From: Bacteroidia bacterium
Lineage (GTDB): Bacteria > Bacteroidota > Bacteroidia > M30B66
NCBI GenBank assembly: GCA_965279035.1
Contig: OZ257142.1
Location: forward strand, 1,456,580 to 1,520,579
Length of the DNA: 64,000 nt
Direction of reading: 5' to 3'
In this document: positions 39,371 to 51,299 of the stretch, in pieces
Numbering within the stretch: position 1 is the first letter of the stretch
How the letters are laid out: each line of letters opens with the position of its first letter
Translations under genes and position numbers: made by a program
The notes under the pieces: model-generated
The model's database searches: none
What the model was told of the DNA's origin: nothing
Seen by the model: only the letters and a program-made list of their open reading frames with translations

Positions 39371-41716
39371 ATGAAAATAAATCTACTACTTACGCTTCTC
39401 CTTATAACCAACAGCCTCTTTTCTCAAATTCCATCATGGGATTGGGCTTGGAGTATCGGTGGAAACAATGTCGACCAAATCGATTTCCTTCAACTAGATG
39501 AACAAGGCAACTCCTACGTGTGTGGTCAATTCAGAAGTTCTTCTATTTCAATTGGCGGTTTAAATTATGCAGCAAATTACTCACAACCCAAAAGTTTTTT
39601 TGCCAAGGTTTCAGTAAGTGGACAATTGCTGTGGTATAAAGTGTATCCAGCTAATAATCAATCCAATGTTAATTTTATTCTTGACCTAATTGAAGGATAC
39701 AACAATACCTACTATGTTTTGATGCAATATGGCGGTACAATAAATCTTGATGGAAATATCTTTACTAATAATTTTCTACAGGGCAGAACATTGGTAGTAA
39801 AATATAATGCTGCTGGAAATGTTATTGATGCTTATCATTTATTTGATACTAGTGTTAATAATAATGTTTTAACAACAGCTTTTGTTCAAATTGTTAAACA
39901 TCCTAGAGGAGGGTTTGCGTTTTTAGGACTAAGTACCCAAGCAACCGTATTAAATGGAATTTCAGTGCCTGCTAATAGCAATTACATTGGCTATATGGAT
40001 ACGTTAGGCTCAGTTCAAGAAATTCATCTTTTAGGAGGAATGGGAGAAATGGATTCAACCTATTTTGATTTTCCTAATCAAGTAGTTTATAGGGATCTTA
40101 AAGTTTCCCCTAAGGGCAATATTTATTTATCAGGAACAGCTAATATAAACTCATACTTAACAGTAGATACAACTACCTGGCAATTACCTGAAATTTCCTG
40201 TACATCACCCAATAGTTGCATGGTTAGGACTTTTATTTCTTGTTTTGATTCAACATTTTCATTCAAATGGTCACATGTTGGGGTTTTGGAAGAATTTATT
40301 TCAGGAACTAGTTATGGAGCCAATTATAATGGAATACATGTTTTTCCTGATGAATCTGTAATTTTAAGTCAAACCGCAGCAGGCGAATCGAAAGTTCTTT
40401 TTGATAATGTTTCTTGTGAGCCAAGAGCTTTACTAGAAAGTTATAATGATGGTATTGTGGCTAGAATTGCTGGAGATGGAACCGTTTTATGGGTCAAGCG
40501 GTTTGATTCTTCTGATAATGCAGACAATTTTATTAATGCAATAACAGGAGATGGACTTGGAAATTCTTATTTGTTAATGTACAGTGGACAATATCAGAAT
40601 ACTGATGGAAGTGTTTATACTAATGCTATTGTTTCAAAAGTTGATATAAATGGAAATGTAATATGGTATAAGGGGACAGATAATGGTGCTAATGGAGGAA
40701 TATACTTTTTACCAACAGGATTTAAAGATGATGGAAAAGGAAATATTTATTTGGCAGGAGGATTCTCTTGCTATTTGGCGCCATTACCAATCTTTAATGG
40801 GAATGTTTTGCCTTGGTATACACCCGTTTATCAATATCCTTATGCATTCGACGCCTTTATTGCAAAACTAAATAATTGCAGCTCTTTGCCCGTAGATATT
40901 GTCTCAAACGAAAACCAAACATTTTGCAACGAAGACAGTGCTTTCATTGAAGTTTCTGGTGGTCCAAATTTTCTTTGGTCCGATGGTGATACTTCACAAA
41001 CCCGCTTTATCAACGAATCAGGAATGTATACTGTTTTGTCCTATAATAACGCAGGATGTTATGGCAATCGTGATACATTGAACTTAACTCGATTGAATAA
41101 GATTGCCAAGGAACAAAACGTTCAAATTTGTGAGGGTGAATCGTTTAACATTGGTACTCAAGTTTTCAATCAATCGGGTGAATATCAAAGTATTTTAACA
41201 GCACAAAACGGCTGCGATAGTTTGGTTACAACCCATTTAACTGTAGATTCGTTAGATGCACAAATTTCACTTAGTCAGAATGTATATTCAGCTATAAATA
41301 TTCCGATTGATGCTACGCTTCAATGGCTGGATTGCGATTCGAATTTTGCCAATTTAATTGCTGAGGTAAATCCTTCTTATACAGCTACTGAAAATGGACT
41401 ATATGCTCTTGAAATAAATGATGGGAATTGTCGTGATACTTCCGAATGTTTATTATTTAATAGTTTAGGAATGATAAATACTTCCAACAATTCCATCCAA
41501 CTATTTCCCAATCCGGTCGATCAAACACTTTTCATTCAAAATCTATCAGCACATCAAACATTGAGATTATTTGATGCCACAGGACGCATTGTTTTCGAAA
41601 CTCAATCATGTTCAGTTAACAGTGATTTAAATGTATCGGGAATTCAATCTGGACTCTATATCCTTCGTATTGGTAGCTTTTCTAAATCAATCCTAATTCA
41701 TCACTCCAATCCATAA
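39371..41716 (+). CDS. T9SS-sorted secreted protein with SBBP-like beta-propeller repeats and Cys-bracketed Ig-like modules
   Basis: Signal peptide. Repeats such as DEQGNSYVCGQF, SPKGNIYLSGTA, DGLGNSYLLMYSG and DGKGNIYLAGGF. C-terminal IQLFPNPVDQTLFIQNL...GLYILRI is a sorting domain. Confidence 0.8.
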   Translation: MKINLLLTLLLITNSLFSQIPSWDWAWSIGGNNVDQIDFLQLDEQGNSYVCGQFRSSSISIGGLNYAANYSQPKSFFAKVSVSGQLLWYKVYPANNQSNVNFILDLIEGYNNTYYVLMQYGGTINLDGNIFTNNFLQGRTLVVKYNAAGNVIDAYHLFDTSVNNNVLTTAFVQIVKHPRGGFAFLGLSTQATVLNGISVPANSNYIGYMDTLGSVQEIHLLGGMGEMDSTYFDFPNQVVYRDLKVSPKGNIYLSGTANINSYLTVDTTTWQLPEISCTSPNSCMVRTFISCFDSTFSFKWSHVGVLEEFISGTSYGANYNGIHVFPDESVILSQTAAGESKVLFDNVSCEPRALLESYNDGIVARIAGDGTVLWVKRFDSSDNADNFINAITGDGLGNSYLLMYSGQYQNTDGSVYTNAIVSKVDINGNVIWYKGTDNGANGGIYFLPTGFKDDGKGNIYLAGGFSCYLAPLPIFNGNVLPWYTPVYQYPYAFDAFIAKLNNCSSLPVDIVSNENQTFCNEDSAFIEVSGGPNFLWSDGDTSQTRFINESGMYTVLSYNNAGCYGNRDTLNLTRLNKIAKEQNVQICEGESFNIGTQVFNQSGEYQSILTAQNGCDSLVTTHLTVDSLDAQISLSQNVYSAINIPIDATLQWLDCDSNFANLIAEVNPSYTATENGLYALEINDGNCRDTSECLLFNSLGMINTSNNSIQLFPNPVDQTLFIQNLSAHQTLRLFDATGRIVFETQSCSVNSDLNVSGIQSGLYILRIGSFSKSILIHHSNP

Positions 41717-41720
41717 AAAA

Positions 41721-41749
41721 AGCCCGTTCAACATTTAGCTGAACGGGCT
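41721..41749. terminator. Bidirectional rho-independent terminator between convergent genes
   Basis: Perfect 10-bp stem AGCCCGTTCA / TGAACGGGCT, flanked by an A-run (41715-41721) and a T-rich tract. Confidence 0.8.
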
Positions 41750-41768
41750 TTCTTATTTCAGTATTATC

Positions 41769-44700
41769 TTATTGCTTGATTAGCTTAATACTTTTCGAAT
41801 CGTTCGTTTGCAAGTAATAAACACCATTGCTGTATTTTTCCAACTGAAGTACATAGCTGTTTTGTACCATAAAGCTTTCCAATAATTGTCCTAAAGAATT
41901 GTACAAACGAACCTGACTTGGGCGTCCACATTCAATGTTCACTTTATCCATCGTTGGATTTGGATACACATTCAATCCTTTTATTGCCGTAGCGTTCTCC
42001 ATTCCTAAAATCGTCATCGTAACACAACTCGAAGTATCAACACATCCTAAAAGATATACTTTCACCGCATAATCACCCGTACTTACTGCCGTAAAACTTT
42101 GATTCGTTTCTCCTGAAATTGGTGCATAAGCTGCTACGCAATCGAGCCACTGATAAGAAGCTCCTGCTTGATTCGCTGTAATCGTATTATTCAACACTGT
42201 AGTCGAAATATCAGGTGAATTTATACTCACATTCATCGTTTGAGCTATACTTGCTCCACATGAATTGACCGCACTCACACTCAGAATTCCTCCTGATGTT
42301 CCACTTTGTACCGAAATCACATCTGTACTCGAAGATCCTGTCCAACCGAAAGGTAAATTCCAAGTATACGAACTTGCTCCCGAAACCGGAGTAATGCTGT
42401 ATGTATACGATGATGCCCTACATACACTTACGTTTCCACTAATACTACTTGGCTGACTAGGCGCACTTTCTCCCGTAACATTTAATGTTTGTGCTGTTGA
42501 AGTACCACACGTACCGTTTGCACTTACACTAACAATTCCGCTTCCAGCACTGAGTGAGTTTATGATATTGGTTGGTGAAGTTCCTGTCCAGCCATTGGGT
42601 AAAGTCCATGTGTACGAAGTGGCGCCACTTACCGGAACAACAGAATAAGTCACCAATAAACCAACACAGTAATTGCTCGGACCGCTGATTGTTCCTGGTT
42701 GAGCAGGACCTGCATCCGGAGCAACTGATAATGTTTGTGCAAGCGAACTACCGCATGTGCTATTTGAACTAACCGATATTATTCCCGCTACCGATCCAAT
42801 CGTATTGATACTTGTGGTACTTGATGTTCCTGTCCAACCATTAGGCAAAGTCCAAGTATAGGATGTTGCGCCACTTACAGCCGCAATGCTATACGTAAGC
42901 GATTGACCTAAACAATAACTGCTGCTTCCAGAAATACTTCCCGGTTGTGCCGGAGTTGCATTCGGACTAACTGTTAACGTTTGTGCTGTAGAACTTCCGC
43001 AACTTCCATTCGCAGTCACGCTAACAATTCCACCATTTGCACCTGCTGTTGCATTGATGCTCGTTGTAGTGGAGGTTCCAGTCCAGCCGTTTGGTAATGT
43101 CCACGTATACGATGTTGCACCACCTACGGTCGAAATACTATAAGTAATCGCATCTCCTTGGCAAAAGCTTGAACTACCTGTAATTGCGCCCGGTTGTGCA
43201 GGAGTACTGTTCGGACTAACAGTTAAAGTTTGAGCTGTAGAACTTCCGCAACTACCATTTGCAGTCACGCTTATAATTCCTCCATTAGCTCCTGCCGTAG
43301 CATTGATGCTTGTTGTAGTAGATGTTCCTGTCCAGCCGTTTGGTAATGTCCATGTATACGACGTTGCACCACTAATGGCTGAAATGCTATAAGTGAGCGC
43401 ATTTCCTTGGCAGAAAGTTGTGCTTCCTATTATTGCTCCTGGTTGAGGTAAGGTGCTGTTCGGTGTTACATTTAAGAACTGTGCGCTACTGCTTCCGCAT
43501 GCACTATTAGCCGTTACACTGATATTTCCTCCATTCGCTCCTGCAATTGCTGTAATGCTTGTTGTTGTAGAAGTTCCAGTCCAGCCGTTTGGTAAAGTCC
43601 AAGTATAAGAACTTGCTCCACTAACAGCCGAAATGCTGTATGTAAGCGAATTACCCTGACAGAATGTAGTGCTTCCAGTAATACTTCCCGGTTGCGCCGG
43701 TGGATTATTCGCATTCACTGTTAAGGTTTGAATGGCTGATGCTCCACAACTGTTATTAGCTGTTACGGTAATATTTCCAGCTGTGCTTGATGGTGTTGTC
43801 GTAATGCTATTTGTAGTTGAAGTACCTGTCCATCCATTCGGCAACGTCCAAGTATACGAAGTTGCACCACTTACTGCAGAAACACTGTATTGCTGAGAAA
43901 CTCCATTACAGAATGTAACACTTCCCGTTATTGCTCCCGGTTGATTTGGAACATTACTTACCGTAAGAACTGTATTCGATGAATTAGCCGTTGAAGTCGT
44001 TAAACAACTAGCATTTGAAGTAATGCTTACTGTGATCACATCATTATTATTCAACGAAGTGCTACTATAAGTGCTCTGGTCATTTCCGACAGTATTCCCA
44101 TTGAGTTTCCATTGATAGCTTGGAGATAATCCTCCATTGATCACATTGGCTGTAAACGTTACAGATGTTCCAAAACAAATTGTTGTACTTGGTGATGCAC
44201 TAACTGTAACTGCTGGTGTCAAAGCTGGATTCACTGTCATTGTGATGCTATTCGAAGTAGCTGGATTCGTTCCAACACAAGGAACATCTGAAGTCATCAC
44301 ACACGTAACAATTGCATTATTCGTTAAGCTACTGCTGCTAAATGTTGCACTGTTTGTTCCCACATTGCTGCCATTTACTTTCCACTGATAACTAGCATTT
44401 CCACCATTTACAGGTGTTGCAGTAAACGTAACTGAAGTTCCCGCGCAAATAGCTCCACTTGGACTAGAACTAATACTTACCGAAGCATTGGTTGCTGCAG
44501 GTGTAACATTCACTTGAACTGTATCAGCCAAAATACATCCTGCATTGTTCGATTGCACAATGTATTGAGTCGAAGCCGTTGGACTTGCAATAGGATTGTA
44601 AATAGTAGATGAATTCAATCCTGTAGCTGGCGTCCACGAATAATTACTTCCGCCTGTAGCAACTAATTGAACATTCTGTCCCGGACATAAAGTCGTTAAT

Positions 44701-47700
44701 GCTGGTGCTGCAACTAAAGCTCCTGGTAAAATAGTAAAGTACGCATCCGATAAATCATAATTAGTCAAACTACCCGCTTGCCTTACACGCAAGAGCACCG
44801 TGGATGAATTGATGTTTGGAACAACCCAACTGTATTGATGACTGGTGGTAGCATAATTGGTCACAATGGCTATCCAAGTTGATCCACCATTCGTTGAATA
44901 ATGCAAATCGTAAGTTCCGTAAGTACTTGTCTCGTTCCAAGTCACCAGTTTATTGGTACATCCATGCAGTGTATCGCTAATTCCATTGGGTGTTTGAAGG
45001 GTAATTGGAGGAGCTGATGAACTAATGATGAATGCGATATCGGACGTGTCTGATTTACAATTATTCACATTATCACGCACCCAAATACGACAGTTGCTTG
45101 ATGGCAAATTCGGAACGTTCCATGAATACGTATTGTTCGAAGTATTGTATCCCATCACAATGTTTGTAAAGCTCGTTCCTCCATTGGTCGAATAAAAGAT
45201 GTCATACAAATTCGAAATTCCATCCGATGTCCATTGGATATTGTAATTCGTTCCAACCTGCATGATTCCTCCAAAATTCGGTTGGATAATCGTTACTGGT
45301 TTGCGAATCGTAAAGGTATTGTCCGATTGATCTGCATATTGCGAATACGAAGTTGGATAAACTCGAACAAGTGTTGGAACATTGTTGAGGTTTGGCATGG
45401 TCCAATTATACGTCGCTGGATTCGCAGAAGTGTTCCAACTCGAAACGATAATATTCCAAGTGCTTCCTCCATTGGTCGAATATTCAATGCGATAATTACT
45501 CCAAGCTGGCGAGCGATCAAAGGTTATCGAGGTAATCGTACATCCTCCCCAAAGTGTTGTTCCATCATCTCCATTCGGTGTGATAATGGTTACCGCTGGT
45601 TTAATCGTAAATACTGCATCCGAAACATCCACAACCGATAAATCCTGATAGTTAGAAATACGCACCAAAGCTGTTGTACTCGAAACATTCGGACAAGTCC
45701 AATAATAATATCCATTGTTTGATGAGCCATTCGTGATATTGGTCCAAGTCAATCCACCATCCAACGAATAATCTAATCGAACATAGTTGTATATCGTGCT
45801 TTGTGTCCACGTAATTTGATAATCCATTCCCGAATAATACGTCTCACCACCATTAGGTGTTAAGAGAATCGGTGTAGCTGGAACAATGGTAAAATTGGCA
45901 TTGGAAATATCGAACTTACAGGTGTTTTGATAATCAATCACCTTAACCAAACACTGAGTTGACGGGTTATTGGGAACGCTCCATGTGTATGAATTTCCAG
46001 TGATGTTCGATACGATGTTGTTCCAAGACGAACCAGCGTTGGTTGAATACTGCAAAGTATAATATCCCGAAGCCGAAGGCAGATTCGTCCAGGTGATGGT
46101 GTGAGAAGAAAGTCCAACCCAAGATTCACCACCGTTTGGAGAAGTAACAGTGATGTCGTTGGAAGGAATGATGTTGAATACCGCATTCGATTGATCGGTG
46201 ATGTAGTTGTAGGAATATCCGCGCACGCGAATGAGCGCTTGGGAAGAAGTAATTCCGTTTGGAACTGTCCAATTATACGTTTGATTTGGACTGCCATTAT
46301 CGCTCGGATTAGCAATATCGGTCCAAGTAGAACCATTGTTGGTCGAGTAGGCAATGTTCCAAGTTCCAACACAATAGGATTTAGTCCAAGCAATGGTGGC
46401 AGTGGCACAACCCACCAATGTTTCACCTCCGTTGGGATAGGTAACTGAAACAGGTGGTGCAATGGTAAAAGTCGCATTGGACACATCCGAAACAGAAAGA
46501 TCTTGGTAGTTCGAAAGTCGGATCAAACACTGAGTAGAAGCAGAAATGGTCAATGGAACACTCCAATAGTAATATCCATTGTTTGAAGAACCGTTGGTGA
46601 TGTTTACCCAAGTTGAACCATTATCGAGCGAATAATCTAATCGAACATAGTTGTATATCGTGCTTTGCGTCCACGTAATTTGATAATCGCAACCTACTTG
46701 CAAAGTCTCGCCACCATTAGGCGTTAAGAGAATGGGCGTAGCTGGAACAATGGTAAAATTGGCATTGGAAATATCGAACTTACAGGTGTTTTGATAATCA
46801 ATCACCTTAACCAAACACTGCGTTGATGGGTTGTTAGGAACGCTCCACGTGTAGGAATTTCCGGTGATGTTCGATACGATGTTGTTCCAAGACGAACCTG
46901 CATTGGTTGAATATTGCAAAGTATAATATCCCGAAGCCGAAGGTAGATTCGTCCAGGTGATGGTGTGAGAAGAAAGTCCAACCCAAGATTCACCACCGTT
47001 GGGTGATGTTACTGTAATGTCGTTGGAAGGAATGATGTTGAATACCGAATTAGATTGATCGGTGATGTAGTTGTAGGAATATCCGCGCACGCGAATGAGT
47101 GCTTGGGAAGAAGAAATTCCGTTTGGAACTGTCCAATTATACGTTTGATTTGGACTGCCATTATCGCTCGGATTAGCAATATCGGTCCAAGTAGAACCAT
47201 TGTTGGTCGAGTAGGCAATGTTCCAAGTTCCGACGCAATAGGATTTCGTCCAAGCAATGGTAGCAGTTGCACAACCCACCAATGTTTCACCTCCGTTGGG
47301 ATAGGTAACAGTAACGGGCGGAGCAATGGTAAAAGTCGCATCGGACACATCCGAAACTGAAAGATCTTGATAGTTCGAAAGACGAATCAAGCACTGTGTA
47401 GAAGCAGAAATAGTAAGCGGAACACTCCAGTAGTAATATCCATTGTTCGAAGAACCATTCGTGATATTCACCCACGTTGAACCATTATCAAGCGAATAAT
47501 CTAAACGAACGTAATTGTAAATCGTGCTTTGCGTCCATGTAATTTGATAATCGCAACCAACAAGTAAAGTCTCGCCACCATTAGGTGTTAAGAGAATCGG
47601 CGTAGCTGGAACAATGGTAAAATTGGCATTGGAGATATCGAACTTACAGGTGTTTTGATAATCAATCACCTTCACTAAACACTGTGTTGATGGATTATTA

Positions 47701-50700
47701 GGAACGCTCCATGTGTATGAATTTCCGGTGATGTTCGATACGATGTTGTTCCAAGACGAACCTGCATTGGTTGAATACTGCAAAGTATAATATCCCGAAG
47801 CCGAAGGCAGATTCGTCCAGGTGATAGTATGAGAAGAAAGTCCAACCCACGATTCACCACCGTTGGGAGAAGTTACGGTTATGTCGTTGGAAGGAATGAT
47901 GTTGAATACCGCATTCGATTGATCGGTGATGTAGTTGTAGGAATATCCGCGCACGCGAATAAGCGCTTGGGAAGAAGTAATTCCGTTAGGAACCGTCCAA
48001 TTATACGTTTGATTTGGACTACCATTATCGCTCGGATTGGCAATGTCGGTCCAAGTAGAACCATTGTTGGTAGAATAGGCAATGTTCCAAGTTCCAACAC
48101 AATAGGATTTAGTCCAAGCAATGGTGGCAGTAGCACAACCCACCAATGTTTCACCGCCGTTAGGATACGTAACAGTAACAGGTGGAGCAATGGTAAAAGT
48201 CGCGTTGGACACATCCGAAACTGAAAGATCTTGGTAGTTCGAAAGACGAATCAAACACTGAGTAGAAGCAGCAATGGTCAACGGAACACTCCAGTAGTAA
48301 TATCCATTGTTCGAGGAACCATTGGTGATGTTTACCCAGGTTGAACCATTATCGAGCGAATAATCTAAACGGACGTAATTGTAAATAGTGCTTTGATTCC
48401 AAGTAATTTGATAATCGCAACCTACAAGCAAAGTCTCACCACCATTAGGCGTTAGCAAAATCGGCGTAGCCGGAACAATGGTAAAATTGGCATTGGAAAT
48501 ATCGAACTTACAGGTGTTTTGATAATCAATCACTTTCACCAAACACTGGGTTGATGGATTATTAGGAACGCTCCATGTGTATGAATTTCCAGTGATGTTC
48601 GATACGATGTTGTTCCAAGACGAACCAGCATTGGTTGAATACTGCAAAGTATAATATCCCGAAGCCGAAGGCAGATTGGTCCATGTGATGGTGTGAGAAG
48701 AAAGTCCAACCCAAGATTCACCACCATTGGGAGATGTTACGGTTATGTCGTTGGATGGAATGATGTTAAAAACTGCATTCGATTGATCGGTGATGTAGTT
48801 GTAGGAATATCCTCGCACGCGAATGAGTGCTTGGGAAGATGTAATCCCGTTAGGAACAGTCCAGTTGTACGTTTGATTTGGACTACCATTATCGCCCGGA
48901 TTGGCAATATCGGTCCAAGTAGAACCATTGTTGGTCGAGTAGGCAATGTTCCAAGTTCCTACACAATAGGATTTTGTCCAAGCAATGGTGGCAGTAGCAC
49001 AACCCACCAATGTTTCACCGCCGTTAGGATACGTAACAGTAACAGGTGGAGCAATGGTAAAAGTCGCATCGGACACATCCGAAACTGAAAGATCTTGATA
49101 GTTCGAAAGACGAATCAAGCACTGTGTAGAAGCAGAAATAGTAAGCGGAACACTCCAGTAGTAATAACCATTGTTGGAAGAACCATTGGTGATATTCACC
49201 CAAGTAGAACCATTATCAAGCGAATAATCTAAACGGACATAGTTGTAAATGGTACTTTGATTCCAAGTAATTTGATAATCGCAACCAACAAGCAACGTCT
49301 CACCACCATTAGGAGTTAGGAGAATCGGCGTAGCCGGAACAATGGTAAAATTGGCATTGGAAATATCGAACTTACAGGTGTTTTGATAATCAATCACTTT
49401 CACCAAACACTGTGTTGATGGGTTATTGGGAACGCTCCATGTGTATGAATTTCCAGTGATGTTCGATACGATGTTGTTCCAAGACGAACCAGCGTTGGTT
49501 GAATACTGCAAAGTATAATATCCCGAAGCCGAAGGCAGATTCGTCCAGGTGATGGTGTGAGAAGAAAGTCCAACCCAAGATTCACCACCGTTGGGTGATG
49601 TTACTGTAATGTCGTTGGAAGGAATGATGTTGAATACCGCATTTGATTGATCGGTGATGTAGTTGTAGGAATATCCGCGCACGCGAATGAGTGCTTGGGA
49701 AGAAGTAATTCCGTTTGGAACCGTCCAATTATACGTTTGATTTGGACTACCATTATCGCTCGGATTAGCAATATCGGTCCAAGTAGAACCATTGTTGGTC
49801 GAGTAGGCAATATTCCAAGTTCCAATGCAGTATGATTTTGTCCAAGCAATGGTAGCTGTTGCACAACCCACAAGTGTTTCACCGCCGTTGGGATACGTAA
49901 CGGTAACAGGAGGAGCAATAGTAAAAGTCGCATTGGAGACATCCGAAACAGAAAGATCTTGGTAGTTCGAAAGTCGAATCAAACACTGAGTAGAAGCAGA
50001 AATGGTCAATGGAACACTCCAATAGTAATATCCATTGTTTGAAGAACCGTTGGTGATGTTTACCCAGGTTGATCCATTATCGAGGGAATAATCTAAACGT
50101 ACATAGTTGTATAGAGTATTCTGTTGCCAGGTAATTTGATAGTCGCAACCAACGAGCAAGGTCTCACCTCCATTAGGAGTTAATAAAACAGGAATTGATG
50201 GTGTGATGGTAAAAGGTAAATTTGAAACGTCCTGCATGCAATTGGTAACCGCATCCATCACACGAACCAAGCAATTGTTAGAAAGTGCAACCGAAGGAAC
50301 AGTCCAAGCGAAGGTAGCTGATGCGGTGCTGTAATTGGTGATAATGTTAGTCCAGTTGGTACCTCCATTTACGGAATAAGCAATGTTGTATGTATTGGAA
50401 GTTCCTTGAGCATTCCAGGTAATGTTATGAACTGTGTTTCCTTGCCAGATTTCTCCTCCGTTAGGAGAAGTGAGCAATACCGGAATATTGATGGTGAAAT
50501 TATTATTGCTTTGATCAACTGTAGTTGGATGTTGAGCATCGTAAATACGCAGTTTAACTGTGTTCGATTGCACATTAGGGACAGTCCAAAGAAAAGTTCC
50601 GTTTGAACTTAAATAATTACTTGTAACCGAAGCCCAAATAGTGCCACCATCAAGAGAATAATCGATATTCCAATAATTAGAAGGAGTGCCAGTTTGCGTC

Positions 50701-50834
50701 CAAGTTACAGGATACTGTTGACAAGCGTAAAGGATTTCACCACCATTGGGAGCAGTAACTGTTACTGTTTGCGCTTGAGCAACATGGACTAGAATAAGCA
50801 GAGAAAAAGCGAGGAAATGTTTGATCAGTTTCAT
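41769..50834 (-). CDS. Giant (3021 aa) T9SS-sorted repeat protein, adhesin-like
   Basis: Start moved to [22 protein letters not shown] (ATG at 50834). About 23 Ig-like modules of roughly 95 aa (PNGGE..W......I.W.....Y.I.YS.NGG.TW..I), then Cys-bracketed Ig-like modules, seven 83-aa PKD-like modules, and the C-terminal domain [15 protein letters not shown]...GVYYLQT. Confidence 0.9.
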   Translation of the reverse strand: MKLIKHFLAFSLLILVHVAQAQTVTVTAPNGGEILYACQQYPVTWTQTGTPSNYWNIDYSLDGGTIWASVTSNYLSSNGTFLWTVPNVQSNTVKLRIYDAQHPTTVDQSNNNFTINIPVLLTSPNGGEIWQGNTVHNITWNAQGTSNTYNIAYSVNGGTNWTNIITNYSTASATFAWTVPSVALSNNCLVRVMDAVTNCMQDVSNLPFTITPSIPVLLTPNGGETLLVGCDYQITWQQNTLYNYVRLDYSLDNGSTWVNITNGSSNNGYYYWSVPLTISASTQCLIRLSNYQDLSVSDVSNATFTIAPPVTVTYPNGGETLVGCATATIAWTKSYCIGTWNIAYSTNNGSTWTDIANPSDNGSPNQTYNWTVPNGITSSQALIRVRGYSYNYITDQSNAVFNIIPSNDITVTSPNGGESWVGLSSHTITWTNLPSASGYYTLQYSTNAGSSWNNIVSNITGNSYTWSVPNNPSTQCLVKVIDYQNTCKFDISNANFTIVPATPILLTPNGGETLLVGCDYQITWNQSTIYNYVRLDYSLDNGSTWVNITNGSSNNGYYYWSVPLTISASTQCLIRLSNYQDLSVSDVSDATFTIAPPVTVTYPNGGETLVGCATATIAWTKSYCVGTWNIAYSTNNGSTWTDIANPGDNGSPNQTYNWTVPNGITSSQALIRVRGYSYNYITDQSNAVFNIIPSNDITVTSPNGGESWVGLSSHTITWTNLPSASGYYTLQYSTNAGSSWNNIVSNITGNSYTWSVPNNPSTQCLVKVIDYQNTCKFDISNANFTIVPATPILLTPNGGETLLVGCDYQITWNQSTIYNYVRLDYSLDNGSTWVNITNGSSNNGYYYWSVPLTIAASTQCLIRLSNYQDLSVSDVSNATFTIAPPVTVTYPNGGETLVGCATATIAWTKSYCVGTWNIAYSTNNGSTWTDIANPSDNGSPNQTYNWTVPNGITSSQALIRVRGYSYNYITDQSNAVFNIIPSNDITVTSPNGGESWVGLSSHTITWTNLPSASGYYTLQYSTNAGSSWNNIVSNITGNSYTWSVPNNPSTQCLVKVIDYQNTCKFDISNANFTIVPATPILLTPNGGETLLVGCDYQITWTQSTIYNYVRLDYSLDNGSTWVNITNGSSNNGYYYWSVPLTISASTQCLIRLSNYQDLSVSDVSDATFTIAPPVTVTYPNGGETLVGCATATIAWTKSYCVGTWNIAYSTNNGSTWTDIANPSDNGSPNQTYNWTVPNGISSSQALIRVRGYSYNYITDQSNSVFNIIPSNDITVTSPNGGESWVGLSSHTITWTNLPSASGYYTLQYSTNAGSSWNNIVSNITGNSYTWSVPNNPSTQCLVKVIDYQNTCKFDISNANFTIVPATPILLTPNGGETLQVGCDYQITWTQSTIYNYVRLDYSLDNGSTWVNITNGSSNNGYYYWSVPLTISASTQCLIRLSNYQDLSVSDVSNATFTIAPPVSVTYPNGGETLVGCATATIAWTKSYCVGTWNIAYSTNNGSTWTDIANPSDNGSPNQTYNWTVPNGITSSQALIRVRGYSYNYITDQSNAVFNIIPSNDITVTSPNGGESWVGLSSHTITWTNLPSASGYYTLQYSTNAGSSWNNIVSNITGNSYTWSVPNNPSTQCLVKVIDYQNTCKFDISNANFTIVPATPILLTPNGGETYYSGMDYQITWTQSTIYNYVRLDYSLDGGLTWTNITNGSSNNGYYYWTCPNVSSTTALVRISNYQDLSVVDVSDAVFTIKPAVTIITPNGDDGTTLWGGCTITSITFDRSPAWSNYRIEYSTNGGSTWNIIVSSWNTSANPATYNWTMPNLNNVPTLVRVYPTSYSQYADQSDNTFTIRKPVTIIQPNFGGIMQVGTNYNIQWTSDGISNLYDIFYSTNGGTSFTNIVMGYNTSNNTYSWNVPNLPSSNCRIWVRDNVNNCKSDTSDIAFIISSSAPPITLQTPNGISDTLHGCTNKLVTWNETSTYGTYDLHYSTNGGSTWIAIVTNYATTSHQYSWVVPNINSSTVLLRVRQAGSLTNYDLSDAYFTILPGALVAAPALTTLCPGQNVQLVATGGSNYSWTPATGLNSSTIYNPIASPTASTQYIVQSNNAGCILADTVQVNVTPAATNASVSISSSPSGAICAGTSVTFTATPVNGGNASYQWKVNGSNVGTNSATFSSSSLTNNAIVTCVMTSDVPCVGTNPATSNSITMTVNPALTPAVTVSASPSTTICFGTSVTFTANVINGGLSPSYQWKLNGNTVGNDQSTYSSTSLNNNDVITVSITSNASCLTTSTANSSNTVLTVSNVPNQPGAITGSVTFCNGVSQQYSVSAVSGATSYTWTLPNGWTGTSTTNSITTTPSSTAGNITVTANNSCGASAIQTLTVNANNPPAQPGSITGSTTFCQGNSLTYSISAVSGASSYTWTLPNGWTGTSTTTSITAIAGANGGNISVTANSACGSSSAQFLNVTPNSTLPQPGAIIGSTTFCQGNALTYSISAISGATSYTWTLPNGWTGTSTTTSINATAGANGGIISVTANGSCGSSTAQTLTVSPNSTPAQPGAITGSSSFCQGDAITYSISTVGGATSYTWTLPNGWTGTSTTTSINATAGANGGIVSVTANGSCGSSTAQTLTVSPNATPAQPGSISGSSSYCLGQSLTYSIAAVSGATSYTWTLPNGWTGTSSTTSINTIGSVAGIISVSSNSTCGSSLAQTLSVAPDAGPAQPGTISGPSNYCVGLLVTYSVVPVSGATSYTWTLPNGWTGTSPTNIINSLSAGSGIVSVSANGTCGTSTAQTLNVTGESAPSQPSSISGNVSVCRASSYTYSITPVSGASSYTWNLPFGWTGSSSTDVISVQSGTSGGILSVSAVNSCGASIAQTMNVSINSPDISTTVLNNTITANQAGASYQWLDCVAAYAPISGETNQSFTAVSTGDYAVKVYLLGCVDTSSCVTMTILGMENATAIKGLNVYPNPTMDKVNIECGRPSQVRLYNSLGQLLESFMVQNSYVLQLEKYSNGVYYLQTNDSKSIKLIKQ
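42217..43955 (-). repeat. Seven tandem PKD-like modules of about 83 aa (about 249 bp) inside the giant gene
   Basis: Each unit reads PG(A/S)I(T/S)GS..FC.G....YS(I/V)..V.GA(T/S)[15 protein letters not shown]....T......I.V.AN..CG.S.AQ.L.V. The nucleotide register is seen at 43081 versus 43330. Confidence 0.85.
45873..50192 (-). repeat. Five tandem, near-identical 864-bp (288-aa, three-module) coding repeats inside the giant gene
   Basis: Exact 864-nt register (for example GCTGGAACAATGG at 45877 and 46741). Units begin P(V/I)[10 protein letters not shown] and differ at only a few residues. A diverged sixth unit follows. Confidence 0.9.
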
Positions 50835-51116
50835 GATTTTATAATTAGCAGTATAGGTTGTTAGGCTTTTTTGAAAAGGGACGTAAAAATAACAAAATGA
50901 AGCCATTGAAGCATGTGAATATTGGTTTAAAATATCCCTATCGCCTCCCAATCATAAATTATAGAGACATTTTATGTCTAATTGAGCTGATAGAAATGAT
51001 TAATTATCATCATGAAGAAATATCCCAATCTATTCAGGGTAATCCAATTTCTTGTGATGTAATTCTAAAAAATAAAATGATTCAAATGAGTTGATTATAG
51101 AGAATGAAGAATGTAT

Positions 51117-51243
51117 CGCGTGAGCGGTAGAGGCTACACCTCGCATCACCTGCCGAAGCGATAGCGAAGGCGGGCAGTAAGATTCCGATAACTATCGGAA
51201 ACAGCAGATGACGCGATCTGAACTTTTCGTGAAGGGCATGCCC
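51117..51243 (+). repeat. GC-rich hairpin-dense intergenic element, copy 3
   Basis: CGCGTGAGCGGTAGAGGC...CCTGCC-GAAGCGATAGCGAA-GGCGGG...TTCCGATAACTATCGGAA...GATGACGCGATCTGA...GAAGGGCATGCCC. Lies between the DUF4139 terminator and the giant-gene upstream region. Confidence 0.6.
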
Positions 51244-51247
51244 AAAT

Positions 51248-51278
51248 AAAAAAAGGACAAGCCATTTCTGACTTGCCC
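51248..51278 (-). terminator. Rho-independent terminator after the DUF4139 gene
   Basis: The minus transcript reads GGGCAAG-ucagaaaugg-CUUGUCC (one G.U) followed by UUUUUUU (plus-strand A-run 51248-51254). Confidence 0.65.
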
Positions 51279-51299
51279 TTTACACACAAAACAATGCGA

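Noticed and set aside
45200-49950. Many 60-180-aa ORFs in alternative frames and on the plus strand inside the giant gene (for example 45938..46486, 47829..48224, 48693..49088, 49601..49942)
   Set aside because: They recur with the 864-bp period and have low-complexity Arg/Pro/Leu-rich translations. They are by-products of the repeated, compositionally biased coding sequence of the 3021-aa protein.
50835-50951. N-terminal extensions given by the ORF track, for example MGGDRDILNQ... on the giant protein. Similar extensions occur at 6607, 21211, 29991, 34970, 35909, 53726 and 55962.
   Set aside because: In each case an internal Met begins a canonical signal peptide or domain start and removes overlaps with neighbours. 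Starts were moved accordingly, though they remain unverified.
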